From positions 102,836-166,835 of the forward strand of contig CAYVTU010000001.1 of the NCBI GenBank assembly GCA_964454835.1: a stretch of DNA of 64,000 nucleotides. The letters are read 5' to 3'. This document shows, in pieces, positions 31,185-40,929 of this stretch. How positions within the stretch are numbered: the stretch's first letter is position 1; each line of letters begins with the position of its first letter. The notes beneath the pieces were generated by a model that searched no databases, was not told the DNA's origin, and saw only the letters and a list, made by a program, of their open reading frames with translations. Made by a program: the position numbers and the translations under genes. The DNA comes from an uncultured Brachyspira sp. GTDB taxonomy: Bacteria > Spirochaetota > JAAYUW01.

Positions 31185-31745
31185 TTAATCTCCAAAAAAT
31201 TTAATATTTGAAAGAAGTTCTTCAGGCTTTGGAAGTTGATCTAATGAGCTAATCTTAAAAATCTGAAGAAATCTGGTAGTTGTACCATAAAGAGATGGTT
31301 TCCCTGGTAAATCTTTTTTACCTTTTATTTCGATTAATTCTAGTTCAAGTAGTCTTTTTATTGAATAACCCGAATCAAGACCTCTAATTGAATCAATTTC
31401 AATTTTGGTAATCGGTTGTTTGAAAGCTATAATAGAAAGAACTTCTCTTAAAGATTCGGTTAATTTAGGTTTATTTTCTTTTAGTTTATAGATTTTAATA
31501 AAATTATCTTTAATTTTTGGATTAACAATATAAAAAAAAGTATCATCTTTTTGCTCAATGAGTATACCCCTATCGGCAAATAAAAGTTCTTTTTTTAAAT
31601 CTAAAAGAAGTTGAAGACAGGTATCAGAATCAATCTGGCACATTTCAGCAATTTCTTTCACAGATACTGGTTTGCCTTCATAAAAAAGTATTGTCTCAAT
31701 TAATTGTAAATATAGTTTTTTCTGTTCATTAGTTATTAACATCAT
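31185..31745 (-). CDS. scpB: Segregation and condensation protein B
   Basis: Conserved ScpB winged-helix motifs; directly follows scpA. Confidence 0.85.
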   Translation of the reverse strand: MMLITNEQKKLYLQLIETILFYEGKPVSVKEIAEMCQIDSDTCLQLLLDLKKELLFADRGILIEQKDDTFFYIVNPKIKDNFIKIYKLKENKPKLTESLREVLSIIAFKQPITKIEIDSIRGLDSGYSIKRLLELELIEIKGKKDLPGKPSLYGTTTRFLQIFKISSLDQLPKPEELLSNIKFFGD

Positions 31746-31761
31746 ATTTTATAAATAAATA

Positions 31762-32484
31762 TCATATTTTTGAAATTTTTATATCCTTAAAATGATCTAT
31801 TTGTGAAATTCTGATATGCTTGCTTTTCGCTAATTCCAATAGGGCAAGAAAAAGACAAATAAACTCGATTCTACTGTTATATTTTTCAGCTATATTTGAA
31901 AATAATAAAAAATCACAGTTATTCAATAAATCTTTTATCTTAATAATCATTTCATCTACTGTTATATATGTCCTTGATATTATAAAATCTTTTTGTTTTG
32001 GTATTTTGGAAATAATTTGTTCAAAATGTTTGAATAAATCTATGACAGATATAGATTCCCATTTTTCCTCATTGTCCTGAATAATTTCAGCAGATTTCTT
32101 TGAAAATATTGGTATTATATCTTTTTCTTCATCACTACTTAATTTCTCAAAAGCATCTTTTAATGATTTATATTCCAAGATTTTTTCAGCAATAGGAGCA
32201 TTTAATTTCTCAAAATTTTCTTCGAAGAAATTATCAGAATCATCTTCGGATTTTATTAAAATTTTTGATTTTATATTTAATAGCTCAGATGTTATTGATA
32301 TAAAATTACCAGTAATTTCTATTGGGAACTTTGTAAATGCTTTAATAAAATTAAAGTACTGATTTATTATGAAAAAAAGAGGAATTTCTGATATATCAAC
32401 TTTTTTTTCTTTTACTAAAAAAAGTAAGAGTTCAATAGGTCCTTCAAATATATTGTCTATAACATAGATAAATTGTTCCATCAA
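31762..32484 (-). CDS. scpA: Segregation and condensation protein A
   Basis: Size and position upstream of scpB; N-terminus typical of ScpA kleisin. Confidence 0.75.
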   Translation of the reverse strand: MMEQFIYVIDNIFEGPIELLLFLVKEKKVDISEIPLFFIINQYFNFIKAFTKFPIEITGNFISITSELLNIKSKILIKSEDDSDNFFEENFEKLNAPIAEKILEYKSLKDAFEKLSSDEEKDIIPIFSKKSAEIIQDNEEKWESISVIDLFKHFEQIISKIPKQKDFIISRTYITVDEMIIKIKDLLNNCDFLLFSNIAEKYNSRIEFICLFLALLELAKSKHIRISQIDHFKDIKISKI

Positions 32485-32695
32485 ATTAGAATAAAGAACA
32501 AAAAATAAAAGGTGTCAACTTATTTAATTTATAAAAAAATAAAATAATTAAAAATATATAATTAATTTATAAAAATTTAAGTTTGGCATAAAATATGAAG
32601 CAAAAAGTGATTGCAAAAAAACTAAATAAAAAAGCGGTATCACCCAAAATTTCACTAAAAAAGTAAACACCGCTTTTAAATATAAAAACTATATT

Positions 32696-33346
32696 TTATT
32701 CACCTAATTTATTAGTTATAAATAAATCATAACTTCCAGTATTAGTTTGCCCATCAAGATTACCATCGGTGGATCCAGTTACATATATATTATTAGTAGA
32801 ATCTATTGCTATACCATAAGATGTAGTTTGAGCACCACTTACCCCAAGCAATCTTGTCCATTGTTTATCTCCACTGGAATTGTATTTGACAACAAATAAA
32901 TCCGGATTTCCAGTTATAGTTAGTCCATCAAGATTACCAGTAGTGTATCCAGTTACATATATATTATTAGCTGAATCTATTGCTATACCATAAGATGTAG
33001 TTTCAGCACCACTTGCCCCAAGTAATCTTGTCCATTTTTCTATAGGATTTATGGTATATTTAGCAGTTGCAATATCAGAATTATCCAGCCATGCTTTATA
33101 AGCCATGACTTTTATTGTGGTGGTTGTACTTATTATTATAGGAGATAAATAAGTTGTACCATGAGTAGGAGATGGTTCACTGCTATCTATTGTGTATTTT
33201 ATTGTAGCACCATCAGTTGCACAGGTTATGGTCACTACAATTTCATTGGTATATGTTCCTTCTTCTAGTTCGAAAATAGGTGTAGAAACTTTTTGAAAAA
33301 GAAAACAAGATGTGAATAAAAGGAAGAAAGAAAATAAGCAAATCAT
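32696..33346 (-). CDS. Short secreted protein with chitobiase/hexosaminidase-C-like Ig domain and two SBBP beta-propeller repeats
   Basis: Signal peptide; duplicated module WTRLLG.SGA.TTSYGIAIDS.NNIYVTG.T.GNLDG.T; stem-loop follows the stop. Confidence 0.45.
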   Translation of the reverse strand: MICLFSFFLLFTSCFLFQKVSTPIFELEEGTYTNEIVVTITCATDGATIKYTIDSSEPSPTHGTTYLSPIIISTTTTIKVMAYKAWLDNSDIATAKYTINPIEKWTRLLGASGAETTSYGIAIDSANNIYVTGYTTGNLDGLTITGNPDLFVVKYNSSGDKQWTRLLGVSGAQTTSYGIAIDSTNNIYVTGSTDGNLDGQTNTGSYDLFITNKLGE

Positions 33347-33523
33347 AAATATTAGTTTGTTTTTCGTTTTTTCTTTTAATCCTTTAATATTTTATTTTAA
33401 ATACATTATTTAAAAATAATAATTTATTTTTTAATTATTACAATTTTTAATTTCAGATAAAAATAATTTATTTTATGAAGATTTTATAGAAAAAAGCAAA
33501 GTATGATATAAAAAATCAAGTTA

Positions 33524-36457
33524 CTACTTATTGATATTGAAAAAAAAATTGATAACTTGATTTAATTTTTTATAGGTAAATGGTTTATCAATGGATATTT
33601 TAAAATCTATAGATTTTGCATTCACATCATTTACTATTATAGTCGGAATATTTTGAAATTTGTCCCCCAGCCTATTAAAATAATTTTCCTGAATAATAAC
33701 ACCGATGATATTCTTGTTTATATTCCTTATTTTATTTTGTTCTATTAATTCATGATAATGAATTTCAAAATCATAAGAAATATATTTCAACTTTAAATAA
33801 TTTAATAAGGATATTATTTTTTCAACTAAAAATTTATCTTCAATACAAATTAATATATTATTTTCTTTCTTTATTTTTTCTTTTGGTAGATTTATTAAAG
33901 CAAAAATCTCTTTAAAAGATTCGAAATTATTTTCAATATAGTTTTTTAAATCTTCCTCCTCACACGAATAATAAGGTTTGTAAGGAATTTTAACAATAAA
34001 CTTAGTGCCTTTTCCTTTTATACTGCTTACTGAAATCTTCCCTTTCATCAATTCAACTAAATTTTTAGTTATAGAAAGTCCTAAACCTGTACCGCCATAT
34101 TTAGCAAATATCTCTTTATTCCCTTGTTTAAATGGTTTAAAAATATTCAATAATTCTTCATTTGAAATTCCTACTCCAGTATCTTCAGCTTCAAATACTA
34201 TTGCTGATTCGCTTATATAATTGCTTGTTGATTTATAGACTAATAGCTTTACATGACCTTTATCAGTAAATTTTAAGGCATTTCCAATAAGATTCATCAA
34301 TATTTGACGAACTCTTATTTCATCAAGGATCAGATTATCTTCTAAATTTTTATCTATAAGACAAAAAAATTCCAAGTTTTTTTCCTGAGCAATAAAATAA
34401 TAATAATCTTCTATTTTATCTATAAAACTTCTAATAGATAAAAGATTACTTTTGATTTCTACATTTTTTGATTCTAATTTTGAAAAATCAAGTATGTCGT
34501 TAATCATTTCAAGAACTTGATTTGTTCCTTTTTTTATTATTTGACTAAGTTTTTCCTCCTCTTTTCCTTTAAGTTTCTCATTTAAAATTGCAGATATACC
34601 TGATATTGCAGTCATCATATTTCTTAATTCATGGCTTAGAAAAGCAAGAAAATTAGATTTTGCTTCACTTGCATCCAAAGCTAATTTTTTTGCTTTTTCT
34701 AATTCTTTTATATTTTTTATTAATTCATCTTCGAGTTTTTTCTGGTCAGTTATATCTAAAACAACTACAATTAATGTGTTTTCAAATACTTTTCCATTAA
34801 AAGATAAATATTTTAAACTCCCGCTTTTTTGTAAAATTGGGATTGTACATTTTGAAGAATAAGTTTTATTAATCTTGTTATAAAATCTAATTAATTTTCT
34901 TTTGGTATTTTTATCCATAAATGATAAAAAAAGCTTTCTTGTGCATTTAACATTTTTAGGAATAGGCAATAGATGATTGAAGTACTTTGAAAACGTCATC
35001 TCGTGATTCTTTATATTTTCAGTCCAAAAAGCAATATCAATTGTTTGCTGTATTAATTCAATATCCCAGAAATATTCTTTTAATATTAACTCTTCTTTTT
35101 TCTTTTCAATTAAATCATATAAAAAATATGAAAATATTGATATAGCCTTTTTTTGTGAAATAGAGAACTCAAAAAATTTATTAAATATATCAATCTCCCC
35201 CTTAAAATAATCAGGGAAATCACTTTTTAATGAGAATAAAATAAGAAAAGATTTAACATCTTTATTATGTATTACCGGGAAAATTATTAAAATTATTTCC
35301 TTTTGTTCATCTATTATTAAATTGTTAAAGAATAGATTAATAGTATTCAGCATCTCCTTTTTTATATTGATATATTTTTCATTTTTAAGTTTTTTCTTTA
35401 ATTCATAATCCATTTCTTTAAAATTTACTTCATTTTTCCATATAATATTTAATTTAAACATATTGGTGGTGTAAAATGAATTTAATGTAAAGTTATTCTT
35501 TTTTTCCTGCCATTTAGTGTAAAAGGCTATTGATATTAAATTTAAACTTTCGCATATTAATTTTAAAGAATTTTTTAATGAACTATTCATATCATTTGAT
35601 TCAAAAACTATAAACATAGCTTGTTCAATGGATTTGAAAAGATAAATATTGGATTTTGCCTCTAATATTTTAAATTGATTTGCTGTTATATCTTTAGAAA
35701 TACCTATTAAACCAATAGTCTGACCATTGTCAGAAATTATTGGGCTTTTGATTGTATTAAAGCAGAATATTTCATCATTGAAATTCGATTTTAAATTATG
35801 AAATTTTCTCCATTGAATCTCAGATGTTGTAAGATTTTGAGATAAAACATATTGATCACTTTTTATATAATCTTTAGCTTCTTCTTTATTGAAAATATCA
35901 TAATCAGTCTTATTTATTATTTCTTCTTTTGAGATTCCAAATAGATTTTCAAAATGCTTATTAATGATAATATATTTTTTATCTTTATCTTTGATAAATA
36001 TAGGGTCTGTAATTAAATTTATCAATGAATAAAAATAATTGGTATGCATATCGAGAATATCTATCATTTCGTTGACTTCGCCATAACTTCTTAAAAACAC
36101 TAAGATATAATCTTTAATCTTACCTTTACTTTTAATATAATGCATTTCAATTTCATATATATTCCCATAATAAGATTTTGAAAAAATTATTCTGGTTTTA
36201 ATACGAAGATTGATAAGTTTTTTATCTTTTATTTCAGTAAATGAATTTTTTATTACATCCTTTTCTTCAAATATATCAAAGAAGAAAAAATGTTTATTTA
36301 TATCAATATCAAAGTTTCTTTTAGCGGTATCATTAATTTCTATAATATTGCCTTCTGTGTTGCAAACAAATATTGAATATGGAGAATACATAAAACATGG
36401 ATTATTCTTAAATTTGGGAAAATTAATAATTCCATTATTTAAAATCTTCATTTTCAT
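33524..36457 (-). CDS. Multi-PAS sensor histidine kinase with degenerate C-terminal receiver-like domain
   Basis: H-box LSHELRNMMTAISG, N/G boxes NLIGNALKFT and GGTGLGLSITKNLVELMKG; several PAS-like modules upstream; C-terminal REC-like domain lacks the Asp acceptor (IIQEN). Confidence 0.85.
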   Translation of the reverse strand: MKMKILNNGIINFPKFKNNPCFMYSPYSIFVCNTEGNIIEINDTAKRNFDIDINKHFFFFDIFEEKDVIKNSFTEIKDKKLINLRIKTRIIFSKSYYGNIYEIEMHYIKSKGKIKDYILVFLRSYGEVNEMIDILDMHTNYFYSLINLITDPIFIKDKDKKYIIINKHFENLFGISKEEIINKTDYDIFNKEEAKDYIKSDQYVLSQNLTTSEIQWRKFHNLKSNFNDEIFCFNTIKSPIISDNGQTIGLIGISKDITANQFKILEAKSNIYLFKSIEQAMFIVFESNDMNSSLKNSLKLICESLNLISIAFYTKWQEKKNNFTLNSFYTTNMFKLNIIWKNEVNFKEMDYELKKKLKNEKYINIKKEMLNTINLFFNNLIIDEQKEIILIIFPVIHNKDVKSFLILFSLKSDFPDYFKGEIDIFNKFFEFSISQKKAISIFSYFLYDLIEKKKEELILKEYFWDIELIQQTIDIAFWTENIKNHEMTFSKYFNHLLPIPKNVKCTRKLFLSFMDKNTKRKLIRFYNKINKTYSSKCTIPILQKSGSLKYLSFNGKVFENTLIVVVLDITDQKKLEDELIKNIKELEKAKKLALDASEAKSNFLAFLSHELRNMMTAISGISAILNEKLKGKEEEKLSQIIKKGTNQVLEMINDILDFSKLESKNVEIKSNLLSIRSFIDKIEDYYYFIAQEKNLEFFCLIDKNLEDNLILDEIRVRQILMNLIGNALKFTDKGHVKLLVYKSTSNYISESAIVFEAEDTGVGISNEELLNIFKPFKQGNKEIFAKYGGTGLGLSITKNLVELMKGKISVSSIKGKGTKFIVKIPYKPYYSCEEEDLKNYIENNFESFKEIFALINLPKEKIKKENNILICIEDKFLVEKIISLLNYLKLKYISYDFEIHYHELIEQNKIRNINKNIIGVIIQENYFNRLGDKFQNIPTIIVNDVNAKSIDFKISIDKPFTYKKLNQVINFFFNINK

Positions 36458-36572
36458 AATAATAATAGATTATAATTTGTTAAAATCAAAATTATAGTTA
36501 TTTAGATTTTTATAAATTATGTGCTATAATGATTGAAAGTGAATTTACAAAATATTTTATAATGAGGTATTT

Positions 36573-38735
36573 GTGCAGAAAATACAGAGTCTGACAAAAC
36601 TAGAAAATGTAATTACCTCTTTACCTAGAGGTGGATATCTTATAAATACTTCAATTGGATATATTCAATTTGGTTCACCACCAGAAACTTTGAAAGATAC
36701 TATTTTTTTACCACTCGGTGTTCCTAAGATTTTTATTTTACCAATTGAGCATTTTGATCCTAAACAGGGTATGAGTGTAGCCGAAATAGAATTCCCTATT
36801 TATTATAACTTTTTTCTTAAAAAACAAAAAACAAGGGTATATGTAAGTAAGGACCATATTCAAAATTTAAATATAGTATTAAATGAGGCAGTATTTGGTC
36901 CTAAAGATGTAGATGTTAAAGATGAAATAGTGATGACTGAAAATGCGTATATCCCGGATATTAAATCTGAAATGATCTTTTTTAGAAATAATAGAGAATT
37001 GACCGATATGGTAGATATTTTGCCTCTAGAAGATAGTATAAATATTGAGAATATCACTATTCAAAGGCAGGAAGATGGTGGGTTTAAGCTATATGAAAAC
37101 AATAAATTTTTAGTCGATGTTCCAGCAAAAGTAGAGTTCTCAGCTGTATATAACCTGGGTTCTGTATTGAAAGAACCTTTCCAGCCGCCACAATTTGGCA
37201 TAACTTGCCTTGGACCATCTCATGGATTTGATCCATATCAAAATACTTCTGGTTTCATAATATGGATAAATAAAGCTGGTATAATGGTTGACCCTCCAGC
37301 AAATTCAACCTTATGGTTAAAAGATTCTAATGTTAATCCAAAACTTATAGATTCTGTAATTTTAACTCATTGTCATGCTGATCATGATTCTGGAACATTT
37401 CAAAAAATTCTTGAAGAAACAAGAATAACTATATATACAACACCTACAGTAATGGCAAGTTTTATAAGGAAATATTCTGCTTTGACTAGAATTTTACCAA
37501 ATAAACTAAGGGAGATGTTTAATTTTTATCCTGTTAAAATAAATCAACAGTACAATATTCATGGAGCTATTTTTTCATTTTTCTATACTCTGCATTCAAT
37601 CCCAACTATTGGATTTCAATTTAATTATAGGAATAAAACTTTTATATATTCTTCTGATCATTTAAATGAACCAAATATAATAAAAGAACTTTATGAGAAA
37701 GGTGTAATTAATGAAAATAGGTATAAAAACCTGATTAATTTCCCCTGGAATAAAGATATAATATATCATGAAGCTGGAATTCCACCACTTCATACACCTG
37801 TAAGTTACTTAAATTCTCTTCCACCTGAAATACAGAAAAAAATAACTGTTTATCATATTGCAGAAAAAGATTTTCCGAAAGAAACAAACTTAAAACTTGC
37901 TAAATTTGGAATAGCTGAAACTTATTATCCCGATATTGAAAAGCATAAATATGAAGAAGCATATCAGATATTGGATGTTTTTAGTCGAATAGAAATATTT
38001 AAAGATTTACCATTCGAAAGGGTAAAAGATTTACTGTTGATAGTAAAAAAAATGAATTTTAAAAAGGGTGAATATATTATCAAAAAAGATACTCAACCCG
38101 ATTACTTTTATGTAATTGTCTCTGGAAATGTTTCTATTTCTGGTTTGGCAGATAATGAGATAAAAGATAAAATCTATACAACATTTGAATATTTTGGCGA
38201 AGCAGCCATATTAAATAATGAAAAAAGAAAAGCAGATGTCATTGCCTTAACATCGGTAGAAGCTTATGCAATAGATAAAGCATCATTTTTAAGATTAATT
38301 CAGGATACAGCAGTAGAAAGAAATATGATTCAGGTAGCTAAGGTAAGAAATGAATTGTCCTGGAAGGTCATAAAGTCCAATATCTTTTTTAATGATATTT
38401 CCTCTTCTCAAATAACTCAACTTGAAGGTCTATGTAAACTTAGAGATTTTAAGAAAGGAGAAAAAATTATATTTTCGGGTGAATTACAGAAAAGCATTTT
38501 CTTGCTTATTGAAGGAGTAGTGAAGGTAAATAATGGAAAGGAAATATCAGATATAGGTGAGTTTATAGGGGATATATGCGCTTTATATGAAAATAAGGTA
38601 ACTTTATTTGAATATACAGCATTTACAGATATAAAAGTATATGAACTTAAAAGAGAAGAAATAATGAAATTTTTGGTAGAAAATCCTGGTATTACGATGA
38701 ATATATTATTCTCAAAATCAGATAAATGTAATTAA
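36573..38735 (+). CDS. Metallo-beta-lactamase-fold hydrolase (RNase Z / class-II PDE-like) fused to two CAP-type cyclic-nucleotide-binding domains
   Basis: GTG start with GAGG Shine-Dalgarno. MBL motif VILTHCHADHDSG (HxHxDH) plus downstream His/Asp ligands. Two cNMP-binding modules (FGEAAILNNEKRKADVIA; GEFIGDICALYENKVTLFEYTA). Confidence 0.75.
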   Translation: MQKIQSLTKLENVITSLPRGGYLINTSIGYIQFGSPPETLKDTIFLPLGVPKIFILPIEHFDPKQGMSVAEIEFPIYYNFFLKKQKTRVYVSKDHIQNLNIVLNEAVFGPKDVDVKDEIVMTENAYIPDIKSEMIFFRNNRELTDMVDILPLEDSINIENITIQRQEDGGFKLYENNKFLVDVPAKVEFSAVYNLGSVLKEPFQPPQFGITCLGPSHGFDPYQNTSGFIIWINKAGIMVDPPANSTLWLKDSNVNPKLIDSVILTHCHADHDSGTFQKILEETRITIYTTPTVMASFIRKYSALTRILPNKLREMFNFYPVKINQQYNIHGAIFSFFYTLHSIPTIGFQFNYRNKTFIYSSDHLNEPNIIKELYEKGVINENRYKNLINFPWNKDIIYHEAGIPPLHTPVSYLNSLPPEIQKKITVYHIAEKDFPKETNLKLAKFGIAETYYPDIEKHKYEEAYQILDVFSRIEIFKDLPFERVKDLLLIVKKMNFKKGEYIIKKDTQPDYFYVIVSGNVSISGLADNEIKDKIYTTFEYFGEAAILNNEKRKADVIALTSVEAYAIDKASFLRLIQDTAVERNMIQVAKVRNELSWKVIKSNIFFNDISSSQITQLEGLCKLRDFKKGEKIIFSGELQKSIFLLIEGVVKVNNGKEISDIGEFIGDICALYENKVTLFEYTAFTDIKVYELKREEIMKFLVENPGITMNILFSKSDKCN

Positions 38736-40015
38736 ATTATATGTGTAAACATTGTATCAATATTCATTTTGCTTATTTTATTATCCTTATCATCTTCCAT
38801 CAACAAAAGTTTTTTTAAAATTAATAGTAGAATTAACCATTTGTAAGTTGATGCCCTTTTATTATCATAAAAAACCCTATAAAGTTTGTTATTATAATAA
38901 AACTCAAGAACTTCTTTATTCTGAACATTAATCCCTTCCATCTTATTTATTTCAAAAGAATGAAGTAATTTATCTTCAGTGGAATAAATTTCAAAAAATT
39001 CTTTTTTAAGAATAATGGAACCTTTGCATAGAATCTCAGTTTTATTATATCTATAACCAATATGGACATTTGCTATTTCAAGATCAGATAAAATTATATA
39101 ATTTTTATCAATTTTTTTTGAAAAAAGATTTTTAATAAATTCGAAAGAATACTTTATCTGCCAGGTATTCCAGGAAGAAATAGTATTCTTTTCAATTTCG
39201 GGTAGGTTACCTTCTAATCTAGCATTTTCATTATATTTCAAATCCAGATTACAATTTTTACATTTGATTCTATCATTTTCTGAATATAGTGAAACCATGC
39301 TTTTACAGGATGGACAAATATATAGTATTTGTTCAAGGTAATGTGCCAGATTTTCACCAATATACTTAAAATTAAATTTTTCTTCAAATTCATCATCTGA
39401 ATGTTTTATCCATTTTAAAATAATATCATTAATCTGTTCAGGGGATAAAGAAAGGACATCTTCTTTTTTCAATATAGTTGAAAATTCTATTATTACCTTA
39501 CCTTTTCTCTTTTTTTCAGCCCATCGGGGTAAACTAAGGTAAGCTCCTTGGATTTTTGCTCCAATCAAAGGTGAGCCAAGAATTTTTATTAATTTGCCCG
39601 TACTTTCAACTATACTTAAATTATTACCATCCCAGCTTCTATTAGCTTCTGGAAATACCCCAATAGAAGCACCTTTTTTAATAGTTTTAAGTGCTAATCT
39701 TATGGTTTGAGTATCGGGAATAAATTTAGATTTCGGGATTGAACCAAAAAGCTTCATAAAATGTTTGAATATAGGGTCTCTAAAAATATTATCAGATGTA
39801 ATATAATGTATTTCTTGTTTTAAATAGGCACTTATAAAAAATGGATCCCAGAAATTTACATGATTTCCAATAATTACAAAAGGACATTTTAATTTAATTA
39901 TTTTATCTGGATCAATAAATTCTATATTATAATATTTTCTGAGAAAAACTCCAAATGTGGCTCTTAAAATTGAAATTAAAGGTTTTGGGTACCATAATTT
40001 TTTAATTGGTTTCAC
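38732..40015 (-). CDS. PlsC-family (lysophospholipid) acyltransferase with long C-terminal extension containing a CxxC..CxxC zinc ribbon
   Basis: Motif I GNHVNFWD (HX4D), motif III FPEANRS, then CPSCKSM...CKNCNL. Confidence 0.75.
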   Translation of the reverse strand: MKPIKKLWYPKPLISILRATFGVFLRKYYNIEFIDPDKIIKLKCPFVIIGNHVNFWDPFFISAYLKQEIHYITSDNIFRDPIFKHFMKLFGSIPKSKFIPDTQTIRLALKTIKKGASIGVFPEANRSWDGNNLSIVESTGKLIKILGSPLIGAKIQGAYLSLPRWAEKKRKGKVIIEFSTILKKEDVLSLSPEQINDIILKWIKHSDDEFEEKFNFKYIGENLAHYLEQILYICPSCKSMVSLYSENDRIKCKNCNLDLKYNENARLEGNLPEIEKNTISSWNTWQIKYSFEFIKNLFSKKIDKNYIILSDLEIANVHIGYRYNKTEILCKGSIILKKEFFEIYSTEDKLLHSFEINKMEGINVQNKEVLEFYYNNKLYRVFYDNKRASTYKWLILLLILKKLLLMEDDKDNKISKMNIDTMFTHII

Positions 40016-40041
40016 AAAAATTTCTCCAAATAAAACTTAGA

Positions 40042-40758
40042 TTATTGAGGAATTAAAACATAGTCTTTAATAAGATTTTTATTAACATTATTAAAAACCT
40101 GAAAATATAAAGATTTTACTATTGGTGATAGATTTTTATTTTCAAGTATTTTAGGGAGAAATAAATATCCGATAGTAGATTCCATATTGTTTAAACTTTC
40201 ATCTATAAATACATGATTAATTGTATCATAATCAAAACCAAATCTTTTACGCCAATTTATGTCTTTTGAAACATTTCTTGAAACCTGCCAGAAATGTTTT
40301 TTCCCGAGCAAAACAGCAATGATTACTGTTACAAGAAAAAGATTCAATGAAACTCTAGCAGATCTAAACTGATTAATTATAGATAATTTAGTTATCTCTA
40401 AAAGCTCTGCAGAATGAAAAGCGGGATGTTGTAAAACAACTTTTTTTTCCATTTCCATAGCCATTTTAGGGAATTTATCTGTTAAGGTATTTAATGTCAC
40501 TGTTCCAAGAAGTTTATTGAACGCGCTATAAAGTCCTAATATTATAGAATCACTGTCCCGCTCCAATTTCATGCATTCTTTTGTAAAAGTGTTTTTATCT
40601 ATGAAACCAGATTCTCCAAGTCCATTATATCTTAAATCTATGATTTTTTCGTATTCCTTTGAGTCAGTATAGATTCTTTTAATCGAAAAATTAATTGAGG
40701 TAATAAATTTTTTGATGATAGGGTCCCAGTCTTTTTCATTTATTGTATACCAATTCAT
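40042..40758 (-). CDS. Hypothetical protein; candidate N-acyltransferase partner (OlsB/GlsB-like) of the downstream PlsC-like enzyme
   Basis: Context only: 26-bp spacing, same strand, ~240 aa as for aminolipid N-acyltransferases; no motif confirmed by eye. Confidence 0.3.
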   Translation of the reverse strand: MNWYTINEKDWDPIIKKFITSINFSIKRIYTDSKEYEKIIDLRYNGLGESGFIDKNTFTKECMKLERDSDSIILGLYSAFNKLLGTVTLNTLTDKFPKMAMEMEKKVVLQHPAFHSAELLEITKLSIINQFRSARVSLNLFLVTVIIAVLLGKKHFWQVSRNVSKDINWRKRFGFDYDTINHVFIDESLNNMESTIGYLFLPKILENKNLSPIVKSLYFQVFNNVNKNLIKDYVLIPQ

Positions 40759-40929
40759 CGTTATTCCTTAAAATATAAGATTTATTTTTGAAAAAAGAGA
40801 AAAATATGATATAAAACTTAAAAAATAGAACTTAAATATCTCAATCATCGAATTAATAACTAAAAATTAAATTTTATGTAATACAATTTAAAAGATATGA
40901 AAATTTGAAAAAATCAAGGGAAATTATTT

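Noticed and set aside
32629-32685. Inverted repeat AAGCGGT…ACCGCTT with ~30-nt loop between scpA and the SBBP gene
   Set aside because: Probably just the terminator of the minus-strand SBBP gene (followed by T-run on that strand). Loop too long and unconserved to call an RNA.
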